A stretch of DNA of 64,000 nt, taken from Acidobacteriota bacterium. Its GTDB lineage: Bacteria; Acidobacteriota; Thermoanaerobaculia; Gp7-AA8. Position 1 is the first letter of the stretch, and each line of letters begins with the position of its first letter. The stretch covers positions 1-64,000 of the forward strand of contig JAFATB010000018.1 in the NCBI GenBank assembly GCA_019244185.1. Direction: 5' to 3'. Under the pieces are notes generated by a model. The model worked only from the letters and a program-made list of their open reading frames with translations, was not told the origin of the DNA and did no database searches. The translations under genes were made by a program, and so were the position numbers. Positions 38,202 to 47,804 of this stretch are shown one piece after another.

Positions 38202-39137
38202 ATGATCGAATCGTTTCAGCATCTCGAAGAGCTCGCACGCGACCGCGACCTCGCCGACGTTTTCCTCGAAATGGACGAGCAGGAGCACGCCGTCCCCGCC
38301 GACATGATCGTCGAGGCGCTCCGCAAACGCCGCGCGGTGATGCGCGACTGCGTGGAGCGCGGCAAGAACGGCGGCGAGTCGATGGGCAAGCTCGTCGGCC
38401 ACGAGGCGCGCCTGCTCAACGAGGCGTTCCGCTCCGGCAGGACGTTCCTCGATCCGCTGACCGTCAAAGCGGAGCTCTACGCGCTGTCCGTGATGGGCGA
38501 GAACGCGCGCATGGGCGTGATCGTCGCCGCGCCGACCGCGGGCGCTGGCGGGATCGTCCCCGGGATGCTCCTGGCGCTCGAAGAGGAGCGCAACATCGAT
38601 CCCGAACGCACGGTGCGCGCGCTCGTCGTCGCCGGCGGCATCGGCTCGATCATCGCGCTCTCCGCGAACATCTCCGGCGCCGCGGGCGGCTGCCAGAATG
38701 AAGTCGGCGTCGCATCCTCCATGGGCGCGGCCGGCGTCGCGTACATGATGGGCGGCACGACACACCAGTCGATCCACGCCGCGGCAATCGCGCTCAAGAA
38801 CACGCTCGGCCTGGTCTGCGACCCGGTCGGCGGTCTCGTGGAAGTGCCGTGTGTGAAGCGCAACGCGCTCTTCGCCGTGCACGGCCTCACCGCCGCGCAA
38901 CTCGCACTCGCCGGTGTCGATTCCGTGATTCCGATGGACGAGATCGTGGAAGCGATGGTCCGCATCGGCCGGTCGCTCCCGCGCGGTCTCCGCGAAACCG
39001 CGGAAGGCGGCCTCGCGACGACCGAGACCGGCACCGCGATCGCGCTCCGCCTCAAGGAAGAAGCGAACCGCCGCCGCGCCGAACGTGCCGCTGAACGCGA
39101 ACGCGCGGCGCAGGAGCGGAAGACGGGAACGACGTAG
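38202..39137 (+). CDS. sdaAA: L-serine dehydratase alpha subunit (Fe-S)
   Basis: AAPTAG, SGAAGGCQNEVG, LGLVCDPVGGLVEVPCVKRN, LRETAEGGLA. Confidence 0.95.
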   Translation: MIESFQHLEELARDRDLADVFLEMDEQEHAVPADMIVEALRKRRAVMRDCVERGKNGGESMGKLVGHEARLLNEAFRSGRTFLDPLTVKAELYALSVMGENARMGVIVAAPTAGAGGIVPGMLLALEEERNIDPERTVRALVVAGGIGSIIALSANISGAAGGCQNEVGVASSMGAAGVAYMMGGTTHQSIHAAAIALKNTLGLVCDPVGGLVEVPCVKRNALFAVHGLTAAQLALAGVDSVIPMDEIVEAMVRIGRSLPRGLRETAEGGLATTETGTAIALRLKEEANRRRAERAAERERAAQERKTGTT

Positions 39138-39287
39138 AGCGCCTCCGGCGGGCCGGCGCGGCCGGCTGCGCTAAGGGCTTAGCCCGTACGCACGTGCGGC
39201 TGCAGTCAATCGCGTTCAGAGTAGCCGCACGTGCGAATAGGCTAGGCCCTTAGCGCAGCCGGCCGCGCCGGCCCGCCGGAGGCGCTC
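39137..39287. repeat. REPIN-like long inverted repeat between convergent genes (may also act as a bidirectional terminator)
   Basis: Arms 39137-39203 and 39221-39287 are reverse complements with about 5 mismatches. The right arm starts GTAG-CCGCACGTGCG, the same unit as at 33144. Confidence 0.85.
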
Positions 39288-39296
39288 CTCGTCGTC

Positions 39297-41900
39297 CTAC
39301 GGGTAATACCCGCGGATCGTCTTCACCTTGCCTTCCGCCACTTGCACGCTCACTTCGTGCCACTTGCCGCCGGCTTTCACGTCGGCAGCGGGGTAGAAGC
39401 CGAGCACGTATTGCGAGCGGAGCTCCGACTCGATCTCCGCGTAGATCTTCGCGAGATCGTTCGCCTCGTCGATGTAATACGACGCGCCGCCGGTATCGCC
39501 GCAGATGTGATTCAGCTTCTGCCGCACATCGAGCTCGGACCCGCGGATGCCGATGCCGATCGCGTAGATCGGAACGGCGGCGCGCTGCGCATACTCGCGC
39601 GCCTGTTCGAACGTGAACTTCGACGCCGTGTCCTTGCCGTCGGTCACGAGCACGAGCGCCTTCTGCCCTTTCACGCCGACGAAGTTGTAGAGCGAGTACA
39701 CGATTGCGTCGTAGAGCGCCGTCGACTCCTCGGGGCGCATGCGCGCGAGGCCGGAGTAGATGTCCTTGATCTCGTTCGACCACTTCTGCACGAGGTGCGG
39801 CTGCGCGTCGAAGGAGACGAGGAACGCCTTGTCACCCTTCTTGAGCACGTGCTGGAAAAACTGCGCGCCGGCGTCGCGCGCGGCGGCCATGCGCGGCTCC
39901 ATCGAGCCGGACGTATCGACGGCCATCCCGATGGAAAGCGGGAGATTCGTCACGTGCTCGAACTTCGCGAGCTTCACCGGCTGCCCCTCGTCGAAGACCT
40001 TGAACGCGTTCTCGCCGAGGTCATTCTTCGGCTTGCCGCCGACGAGGACGGTGGTGGGGAGCTCGACGAGATGCACGTCGACGGTCTCCATGTAGTCGGG
40101 CGTGTTCACCATCACCACGTCTTCGACCGGATCGACCTCGGGGTCCTTGAGCTTCGCCACCGCGCGGAGATAGCCGACTCCGTCGCTCGCGGGGATGTTC
40201 ACCGTCTGCACGTACGGCGGATCGAACATCGTCGCGACGCGGGTCTGATTCCAGTACAGCTCCACGCCGTCGAGCTGCTTGCCCTCGGGGACTTTCACTT
40301 CGAGCTCGACGCGCGTCGGGCCGCTCAGTTTCGGCGCGATGCGCGGCGAGGCGATGCGCACGCGGAAGGGATCGGTGCCGGTGTTGACGACGATCTCGTC
40401 GCCGGTGATCGGCTGCTCGTGCGAGTCGATGGCGACCGCGCGCACGCGGCGTGAACGCGGCACGGTGCCGAAGTCGAGGTCGAGCGTGTAAGGAGGTGAG
40501 CGCCGCGTGGCGATCTTCTTGCCGTCGAGCCAGAACTCCACGCCGCTGATGCCGGTGCCGCTGACGATCGTCTGGATGGTCTGGAAGCCGCTCGTGACGC
40601 CGTCGGCCAGCGGCACGATGCGCAGCTTCGCGCGCGTCGACTGCAGCTCCGTGTTCAGTGCCGCGATGGTCGCGCTTTCTTCCGACGGCTTGAGCGGACC
40701 GACGAGCGCGGGGACTTTCAGCTCGTTCTCGAGGATCGCCTGCGCGTTCGACGCGGGATCGGTCAGTTTCACGCGCGCCGTGTACGTCGCGGGGCGGAGG
40801 AAGCGGTCGATGACGATCGGCAGCTTCTCGTCCTTGATGTCGCCGGGAAAATCGAAGCGATAGCGGTACTTCTCCCACATCTTCCCGTCGCGCAGCACCT
40901 CGCCGACCACGTCGATCGTGTAGACCGAGACGCCGCTGACGGCGGTCGTCTTCAGCTGCGCGCGCGGCACCATGATCGTGAGCTGCGCGTCCGTCTTCTC
41001 CGATTCCATCGACGGGTACGAGACCGTGAGATCGGCGGCGAGCTTCGGCGCGTTCGGATCGGCGAGGACGACGGAGCGCAGCATGCGGTTCACGTCTTCG
41101 TCGTTGACCTTCGGCGGATCGAAGACCTGGAAGATGCGCTCCTTGTTCAACTGCATTTGATAGAGCGCGTTCGTCAGTTCCTCGGGGTTCTGGCAGTCGA
41201 TCATGACATTGCCGCCGCCGCCACCGATCGAGCCGGCGCCGCCGGCGACGATGTCATTGCTGCGGAGATCGTCCATCGCCATCGTGCCGCCGAGGGCGCT
41301 CCAGAGCTTGTACTCGCGATGATCGCGAGGGATGTAGAAGAGTAGGCGGACGTCGTGGCCGAAGCCCTCGATGTACTCGTACTTCCAGATTTGAATCGGC
41401 TGGAAGTGTTTCGGGCAGTTGACGCCGATCATGGCCGCCGGCGGGCCGTGCAGCAGATAGATGCGTCCGCGATCCGATGAGACCTGCTCGAAGTTTTCCT
41501 TCACGTACTCGAGCCGCTCGTAATAGTTGTCGCGCGCCGCGTGGTTCGTCGTCCCGCCCGCGATGTCGCGCCGCCGCCAGAAGTCGTCGATGTACGCATC
41601 GCGCTGCGCATCGGTCTCGAGCCGCAGAAACGTGTCCCGCTCCGCCGGATTGATGATCGGCTCCACGTCGCGCAGGAACTGCCGATACGCGTCGGGAAGC
41701 TTGGCGATGAGGTCCTTTTGTTCGCGGCGGGTGAGGGGAGTTGGTGTGTCGGCGGCGGAGAGTGGGCGGAGGGCGGCGATGAGAAGAAGAATGAAGAACG
41801 CAGAACGCAGAATGAAGAATTGAGAAAGCGCACCGCGCGCGGTCTCCTTTCTTAATTCTTCATTCTGCGTTCTGCGTTCTTCATTCAGCTTTTCTCTCAC
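39297..41900 (-). CDS. GWxTD-domain / Ig-like / VWA-domain secreted protein
   Basis: FWRRRD..YYERL..SDRGRIYLLHGPP..IWKY; VWA DTSGSM, TALYDAI, TDGKD; GTG 41900 overlaps the upstream TGA. Confidence 0.85.
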   Translation of the reverse strand: MREKLNEERRTQNEELRKETARGALSQFFILRSAFFILLLIAALRPLSAADTPTPLTRREQKDLIAKLPDAYRQFLRDVEPIINPAERDTFLRLETDAQRDAYIDDFWRRRDIAGGTTNHAARDNYYERLEYVKENFEQVSSDRGRIYLLHGPPAAMIGVNCPKHFQPIQIWKYEYIEGFGHDVRLLFYIPRDHREYKLWSALGGTMAMDDLRSNDIVAGGAGSIGGGGGNVMIDCQNPEELTNALYQMQLNKERIFQVFDPPKVNDEDVNRMLRSVVLADPNAPKLAADLTVSYPSMESEKTDAQLTIMVPRAQLKTTAVSGVSVYTIDVVGEVLRDGKMWEKYRYRFDFPGDIKDEKLPIVIDRFLRPATYTARVKLTDPASNAQAILENELKVPALVGPLKPSEESATIAALNTELQSTRAKLRIVPLADGVTSGFQTIQTIVSGTGISGVEFWLDGKKIATRRSPPYTLDLDFGTVPRSRRVRAVAIDSHEQPITGDEIVVNTGTDPFRVRIASPRIAPKLSGPTRVELEVKVPEGKQLDGVELYWNQTRVATMFDPPYVQTVNIPASDGVGYLRAVAKLKDPEVDPVEDVVMVNTPDYMETVDVHLVELPTTVLVGGKPKNDLGENAFKVFDEGQPVKLAKFEHVTNLPLSIGMAVDTSGSMEPRMAAARDAGAQFFQHVLKKGDKAFLVSFDAQPHLVQKWSNEIKDIYSGLARMRPEESTALYDAIVYSLYNFVGVKGQKALVLVTDGKDTASKFTFEQAREYAQRAAVPIYAIGIGIRGSELDVRQKLNHICGDTGGASYYIDEANDLAKIYAEIESELRSQYVLGFYPAADVKAGGKWHEVSVQVAEGKVKTIRGYYP
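41789..41886. repeat. Heptamer-tandem inverted-repeat element, copy 3, inside the 5' end of a CDS
   Basis: GAATGAA GAACGCA GAACGCA GAATGAA GAATTGA ... TTCATTC TGCGTTC TGCGTTC TTCATTC. Confidence 0.85.
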
Positions 41901-44551
41901 GGATAGTATCCCCTCAAACTCCGAGCCTTCCCTCCCTGCGCCTCCACCGTCAGCTCGCGCCATTTGCCGGGCTTCGCGTCCGCGGGCGGGTAGAAGCCGA
42001 GGACGTATTGCGAGCGGAGCTCGGTCTGGATCTGATCGTAGGTGCGGTCGAGATCGTGGGCCTGGTCGATGTAATAGACGGCACCGCCGGTTTCGTTGGC
42101 GAGACGGGTCAGCTTGTAGCGGACGTCCATCTCGGTGCCTTTGATGCCGATGCCGATGGCGTAGATCGGGACGGCGGCGCGGCGCGCGTACTCGAGCGCC
42201 TGATCGAAGGTGAACTTCGACGCCGTGTCCTGTCCGTCGCTGATGAGCACCAGCGCCTTCTGTCCGTTGATCCCGAGGAAGTTGTAGAGCGAGAAGACGA
42301 CGGCGTCGTAGAGCGCGGTCGTCTCGTCGGCGCGCAGCTTCGCGAGGCCGGCGTGCACGTCGGCGATCTTCGACGACCAGTGCGAGACGAGGCGCGGCTC
42401 GGTGTCGAACGAGACGAGGAACGCCTTGTCGCCTTTCTTCATCACGTTCTTGAAGAACTGCGCGCCCGCTTTCTGCGCCTCGTCCATGCGCGGCTTCATC
42501 GAGCCCGACGTGTCGATCGCGAGGCCGATCGACAGCGGCAGATTCTTCACGCGCTCGAACTTCGCGATCGACACCGGCTTGCCTTCATCGAGGACCTTGA
42601 ACGCCTTCTCATCGAGCTCCATCGACGGTTTGCCGCCGACGATCACCGTGGTCGGCAGCTCAATGAGGTGAACGTTCAGCTCCTCCATGTACGCCGGCGT
42701 GTTGATCATCACCACGTCTTCGATCGGCGCGGTGTCGGAGTCCTTGAGCGTGGCCACTGCGCGGAGATAGCCGACGCCGCTCGTCGGCGGGATGTCGACG
42801 GTCTGCACGAACGGCGGATCGTAGAGCGTCGCCACGCGCGTCTCGTTCCAGTACAGCTCGAGCGCGCCGAGGGTCTCGTCTTCGGGGACGCTCACGTCCA
42901 TCTCCACGCGCGTCGGTCCGGAGAGGTGCGGCGCGATGCGCGGCGAAGTGATGCGCACGCGGAAGGGATCGGTGCCGCCGTTGACGACGAGATCGTCGCC
43001 GGTGAGCGGCTGGTCTTTCGCGTCGAGTGCGACCGCGCGGATGCGCCGCATCTGCGGCACCTCGCCGAAGTCGAACGCCATCGAAAACGGCGCGGAACGT
43101 CGCACCGCCATCTTGCGGCCGTCCATCCAGAACTCGACCGCTTTGATCGCGTCGCCGGTGGCGAGCGTCTCGATGGTCTTCACGCCGCTCACGAGCGCGT
43201 CATCCGGCGGCACGATGCGCAGCCGCGTCTCGTGCGGATCGGCGGCGGCGGTTTTCGCGTCGGCGGTACTGGCCGGCGCTGATGTTGTCGTTGTCGCTGT
43301 GGTTGTCGATGGCGCGGCCGCGGGCGCGGGCGGTTCGGCGGATGCGACCGGCTCCGGCGTGAAGATCTCAGGAACGGTCAGCGGGTTCTCGACGATCGTC
43401 TCCGCGCCGCTGTTCGCGTCGATGACTTTCACGCGCGAAACGTAATCCGCGGGACGCAGCAGGCGATCGATGACGATCGGCAGCTTCTCGTCCTTGAGGT
43501 CGCCCGGGAAGTCGAAGCGATAGCGATACTTCTCCCACAGCTGCCCTTCCTTGAGCACTTCCCCCGTCACGTCAACGGTGTAAACCTCGGCACCGCCGAC
43601 TTCGGCCGGCGTGATCTGCGCGCGCGGCACGAGCAGCATCATCTGCACGTCCGTGCGGCTGCCTTCCTTCGTCGGATAGCGGACGCTGAAGTCCGCCGTG
43701 AGCTTCGGCGCGTTCGGGTTCGCGATGACCACCGAGCGCAGGAGGTCGCGCGCCTGCTCGTCGTTCAGCTGCGGCGGCTCGAACATCTTCAGGAGGTCGA
43801 CGCGCTGCTGCACCATCTGCGTCATCGCGCGCAGGATCTCGTCGCCCTGCTGGCACTCGAGCTGGATGCGGGTGATGTACGCGTACGGACTGGCCGACTT
43901 GTTCGGATTGCGGTTCGCCTGCCCTTCTTCCGCGTTGGCGCCGAACGACGCGGGATCGGCCGCGGCGATGTCGCTGATGGCCATCGCGCCGCCGATCGGG
44001 TTCCAGAGCTTGTAGTCGCTCGAGCCGCGCGGACGGTAGAAGACGAGGCGGACGTCGTTGCCGACGCCGCGCAGGTACGGGTACTTCCAGATCTCGATCG
44101 GCTGGAGGACGCGCGCGCATTCGGCGCGCACGACGCCCGCGGGCGGGCCGTGCACGAGGAACGTCTTCGCGCGGTCGGAGTCGAGCCGCTTGAACTGTTC
44201 CTTCGCCGTCGCGAGGCGCTCGTAGTACGTGTCGCGAAACGAGCGGCTGTCGCCCTGCAGCGCATCGCGGCGGCGCCAGAACTCGTCGATGAAGTTGTCG
44301 CGTTGGGGATCGGTCTCGAGCAGGAGGAACGTGTCGAGCTCCGTCGGCAGCGCGATCGGCTTCGTGTCGGCGACCCAGTCCTGATACTTCGCGTCGAGCT
44401 GTTCGACGCGCTCCTTCCGCTCGCGGCGCGTGAGCTTGCGCAGCGTGTCGCTCACGGCGGACTGCGGATCGGCGGGGGGATTGCCCGCGTATGCGACGAT
44501 GGTTGTTGTAGCGACTGCGAACATCACTGCGACGACCGCGGTTCGCTTCAT
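41897..44551 (-). CDS. GWxTD-domain / Ig-like / VWA-domain secreted protein (tandem paralog)
   Basis: MKRTAVVAVMFAVATTTIVAYA signal peptide; SDRAKTFLVHGPP; DTSGSM, SDGQD; same C-terminus RGYYP. Confidence 0.87.
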   Translation of the reverse strand: MKRTAVVAVMFAVATTTIVAYAGNPPADPQSAVSDTLRKLTRRERKERVEQLDAKYQDWVADTKPIALPTELDTFLLLETDPQRDNFIDEFWRRRDALQGDSRSFRDTYYERLATAKEQFKRLDSDRAKTFLVHGPPAGVVRAECARVLQPIEIWKYPYLRGVGNDVRLVFYRPRGSSDYKLWNPIGGAMAISDIAAADPASFGANAEEGQANRNPNKSASPYAYITRIQLECQQGDEILRAMTQMVQQRVDLLKMFEPPQLNDEQARDLLRSVVIANPNAPKLTADFSVRYPTKEGSRTDVQMMLLVPRAQITPAEVGGAEVYTVDVTGEVLKEGQLWEKYRYRFDFPGDLKDEKLPIVIDRLLRPADYVSRVKVIDANSGAETIVENPLTVPEIFTPEPVASAEPPAPAAAPSTTTATTTTSAPASTADAKTAAADPHETRLRIVPPDDALVSGVKTIETLATGDAIKAVEFWMDGRKMAVRRSAPFSMAFDFGEVPQMRRIRAVALDAKDQPLTGDDLVVNGGTDPFRVRITSPRIAPHLSGPTRVEMDVSVPEDETLGALELYWNETRVATLYDPPFVQTVDIPPTSGVGYLRAVATLKDSDTAPIEDVVMINTPAYMEELNVHLIELPTTVIVGGKPSMELDEKAFKVLDEGKPVSIAKFERVKNLPLSIGLAIDTSGSMKPRMDEAQKAGAQFFKNVMKKGDKAFLVSFDTEPRLVSHWSSKIADVHAGLAKLRADETTALYDAVVFSLYNFLGINGQKALVLISDGQDTASKFTFDQALEYARRAAVPIYAIGIGIKGTEMDVRYKLTRLANETGGAVYYIDQAHDLDRTYDQIQTELRSQYVLGFYPPADAKPGKWRELTVEAQGGKARSLRGYYP

Positions 44552-44566
44552 CAGGGTCCTTTTCCG

Positions 44567-45688
44567 ATGCGGATCTATCTCGACAACAACGCCACGACGG
44601 CGATCGACGCGGACGTCCTCCAGGTCCTCGAGGGATCGTTGAGGGACGTCTACGGAAACGCCTCGTCGATTCATAAAGAAGGCCAGACGGCGCGGCGGAT
44701 GATCGAGGACGCCCGCGAAGCCGTCGCGCGCCTCATCGGCGCTGCGGCCCGCGACGTCGTTTTCACCAGCGGCGGCACCGAGTCTAACAATGCCGCCATT
44801 TTCGGCGCATTTCCGCCGGAGGGTCGTTTCCACATCGTGACAAGCTCCATTGAGCATCCGTCGGTCATCGAGGCGACGCGCGCGCTCGATCGGCGCCATG
44901 CGGACGTGACGTATGTCGCGCCGTCGCGCGACGGCGTCGTCGCCGCGTCCAACGTCATCGACGCGATGCGCGACGACACGCGCCTCGTGACGGTGATGCT
45001 CGCGAACAACGAGACCGGCGTCGTGCAGCCGGTCGCGGAGATCGGCGCCGCGACGCGCGCGCGCGGCGTGCACTTCCACGTCGACGCCGTGCAGGCCGCG
45101 GGCAAGATCGCGGTCGACGTCGAGACGCTGCAGTGCGACACGCTCGCGCTCTCCGCGCACAAGCTGCATGCGCCGAAAGGCATCGGCGCGCTGTACGTGC
45201 GCCGCGGCACGAAGATGAGCTCGCACCTCGTCGGCGGCGCGCAGGAGCGGCGGCGCCGCGCGGGCACCGAGAATGTGCCGCTCGCCGCCGCGTTCGGCGC
45301 CGCCGCGACGCTCTCGATGCAGCCGCACGACGTCGCGTCCGTGCGCGATGCGTTCGAGCGCGAGCTGCGCGCGGCGTTCGGCGCGGCCATCACGATCAAC
45401 GGCGAGCGCGTCGCGCGTCTGCCGAACACGAGCAACGTCACGTTCCACGGCGCCGACGGCGAAGGGATCGTCATCGCGCTCGATCTCTCCGGCGTCGCGG
45501 TCTCGACCGGCTCCGCGTGCTCGTCCGGCCGCGTCGAGCCGAGTCCGGTGCTGCTCGCGATGGGACTCTCGCCCGACGACGCGCGCGCGACGGTGCGCTT
45601 CTCGCTCTCGCGCTTCACGACGCTCGCCGAAGTCCGCCGCGTCGCGGCGCTGCTGGTCGATCTGGTCCCGCGCTGCCGGGCGCGGTGA
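44567..45688 (+). CDS. Cysteine desulfurase (IscS/NifS family)
   Basis: IYLDNNATT, FTSGGTESNN, DAVQ, SAHKLHAPKG, STGSACSS. Confidence 0.93.
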   Translation: MRIYLDNNATTAIDADVLQVLEGSLRDVYGNASSIHKEGQTARRMIEDAREAVARLIGAAARDVVFTSGGTESNNAAIFGAFPPEGRFHIVTSSIEHPSVIEATRALDRRHADVTYVAPSRDGVVAASNVIDAMRDDTRLVTVMLANNETGVVQPVAEIGAATRARGVHFHVDAVQAAGKIAVDVETLQCDTLALSAHKLHAPKGIGALYVRRGTKMSSHLVGGAQERRRRAGTENVPLAAAFGAAATLSMQPHDVASVRDAFERELRAAFGAAITINGERVARLPNTSNVTFHGADGEGIVIALDLSGVAVSTGSACSSGRVEPSPVLLAMGLSPDDARATVRFSLSRFTTLAEVRRVAALLVDLVPRCRAR

Positions 45689-45697
45689 TGCCCGCGC

Positions 45698-45735
45698 TTC
45701 TCAATTCTTCATTCTGCGTTCTGCGTTCTTCATTC
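45698..45735. repeat. Heptamer repeat, single arm (copy 4)
   Basis: TCAATTC TTCATTC TGCGTTC TGCGTTC TTCATTC. Confidence 0.8.
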
Positions 45736-45805
45736 GTTTTTCCAGACGAAATCTCTCTTGCCGCTCCTCGGTTCCCATGGCATTGTTCTGTCCGGCCGGT
45801 CCCTG

Positions 45806-46936
45806 ATGACGGAAAAACCTATCCTTCAAGGCGATCTGTCGAAGATCCAACTCCCCGACGTCCTCAGCTTCCTTGCCATGATCCGCGAGAGCGGAAAGCT
45901 CGTCGTCCGGCAGGGGCAGCTCGAGCGCACGATCCATTGGAAAGAGGGAGAGATCGTCTTCGCCAGCTCGAGCTCTCCCGAGCACTCCCTCGGCCAGTTC
46001 CTGCTGCGCAACGGCAAGATCACGCAGGCGCAATACGAGGAGACGAAACGCCGCGTCACGCCGCAGCTGCGCCACGGAAAGCTGCTCGTGCAGATGGGCG
46101 CGATCTCGCCGAAAGACCTCTGGTGGGGCGTCAAGAACCAGGTGCTCGAGATCATCTACTCGCTCATCGGCTGGAAGGAAGGCGAGTTCGCGCTGTACGA
46201 CTCGGCCGAGGAGCTGGCGCAGGAGCGGATCGTCGTGCAGATCAACACGTCGAGCGTGATCATGGAAGGCACGCGGCGGCTCGACGAGTCGGCGCGCATC
46301 CGCGAGAAAGTGCCGAGCCTCGACATGGTCTTCGCGAAAGTCGGCGGCGCGGTGCCGGACTTTCACGCGCTCGACATGACCGACGTCGAGATCGGCATCT
46401 ACAACGACATCGACGGCAAGCTCACCGTGCGCGAGCTCACCGGCCGCTCCGATCTCACGGAGTTCGAGGTGACGCGGATTCTCTTTCAGCTCGTCTCCGC
46501 GCGGCTCATCGAGCCGGTGCCGGAGGAGAAGTCGTTCCGCCCGGTCTTCCTCGACGTCGAGGATTCGCCGGAGCTGCTGAAGGTGATCTCGACCTACAAC
46601 GACATGTTCGGGCGCCTCTACGACGCGCTCGAGAAAACCGTCGGCGAAGATCAGGCGCGCGACATTTTCATGACCGTGCTGCAGAACGCCGAGACCGACG
46701 ATCTCTGGGCCGGCGTCTTCTTCGATCAGTACGGCCGCTTCGACGAGAACATGCTCATCGCGAACATCTCCGAGCTGCCGTTCGAGCGGCGCAAAGCCGC
46801 GCTCGACGAGGGCCTCAATACGCTGCTGTCCGTGCAGCTCTTCGAGGTCTCGCAACATCTCGATCAGGCGGGAAAAGTGGACGTGTTCCGCTTCATCTCG
46901 GACCAGAAGGCGAGCCTCGAAAAAGCGGTGGTCTGA
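45806..46936 (+). CDS. DUF4388 (PatA-N-like) domain protein
   Basis: LQGDLSKIQLPDVL..SGKL..GEIVFA..LGQFL..WKEGEF..VIMEGTRRLDE. Confidence 0.85.
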   Translation: MTEKPILQGDLSKIQLPDVLSFLAMIRESGKLVVRQGQLERTIHWKEGEIVFASSSSPEHSLGQFLLRNGKITQAQYEETKRRVTPQLRHGKLLVQMGAISPKDLWWGVKNQVLEIIYSLIGWKEGEFALYDSAEELAQERIVVQINTSSVIMEGTRRLDESARIREKVPSLDMVFAKVGGAVPDFHALDMTDVEIGIYNDIDGKLTVRELTGRSDLTEFEVTRILFQLVSARLIEPVPEEKSFRPVFLDVEDSPELLKVISTYNDMFGRLYDALEKTVGEDQARDIFMTVLQNAETDDLWAGVFFDQYGRFDENMLIANISELPFERRKAALDEGLNTLLSVQLFEVSQHLDQAGKVDVFRFISDQKASLEKAVV

Positions 46937-46963
46937 GACCCGCTGTTGTAAGCTCCCGCCCGC

Positions 46964-47761
46964 ATGTGGCCCACGCTTTTCCGCTTCGGAAACTTCGAGA
47001 TCACCACCTTCGGGCTGATGATGTTCCTCGCGTTCGTCATCGCCGGCTGGATTCTCGCGAGGCAGTTCCGCGCGCACGGACTCGATGACGAGCTCGCGTC
47101 GTCGATGGTCGTCGCGGCCGCGCTGGGTGGCATCGTCGGCGCGAAGGTCTATTACGCGATCCTCTTCCGCGACTGGCACCTGCTCTTCGACCGCGCGGGC
47201 CTGGTCTGGTACGGAGGCCTCATCGGCGGCGCGCTCGCATGCTCGTGGCTCGTGCACCGCCACCGCGTCCCGTTCTTCACCGCCGCCGACGCCACCGCGC
47301 CCGCGCTCGCGATCGGCTACGCCGTCGGCCGCATCGGCTGCTTCCTCGTCGGCGACGACTACGGCCGCCCCACGAATTCCTGGGTCGGCATCGCCTTCCC
47401 GAAAGGCGCCCCGCCGACGACCGCCGAGTCGCTCCGCCAGTTCGGCGTCGCCGTCGATCCCTCCCTCCCTCCCGACACCCTTCTGCGCGTCCACCCAACG
47501 CAGATCTACGAGTCCCTGAGCGCCTTCGCCATCTTCGCCATCCTCATGGCCATGAGCCGCCGCCCCCACGTCCGCGGCCGCATCTTCGCGATGTTCCTGA
47601 TCTTGCTCGGTATTGAGCGCTTTCTCGTGGAGATCGTGCGCGCAAAGGACGATCGGCTCCTCGGACCGTTCACGGTGGCGCAGTTGATCAGTGTGTTGCT
47701 GGTGGTGGGGGGCGGCGTTCTGTTCGCCGTCACGGCTTCCAGAGCGGAGCAGCGCGCGTAG
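46964..47761 (+). CDS. lgt: Prolipoprotein diacylglyceryl transferase
   Basis: GLVWYGG, GRIGCFLVGDDYG, HPTQIYE, RFLVE. Confidence 0.93.
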   Translation: MWPTLFRFGNFEITTFGLMMFLAFVIAGWILARQFRAHGLDDELASSMVVAAALGGIVGAKVYYAILFRDWHLLFDRAGLVWYGGLIGGALACSWLVHRHRVPFFTAADATAPALAIGYAVGRIGCFLVGDDYGRPTNSWVGIAFPKGAPPTTAESLRQFGVAVDPSLPPDTLLRVHPTQIYESLSAFAIFAILMAMSRRPHVRGRIFAMFLILLGIERFLVEIVRAKDDRLLGPFTVAQLISVLLVVGGGVLFAVTASRAEQRA

Positions 47762-47804
47762 CGTCACGACGTAGGAGCGCTACAATTCATGACGGAGGGC
47801 CGTC

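Noticed and set aside
41897-45448. 1183-aa version of the GWxTD-VWA ORF, and similarly extended ORF-track starts (4656..7013, 6050..8080, 29013..30929, 51143..53386, 58720..61074)
   Set aside because: The extensions overlap real neighbouring genes; signal peptides, SD sites and stop/start overlaps point to the shorter starts used here.
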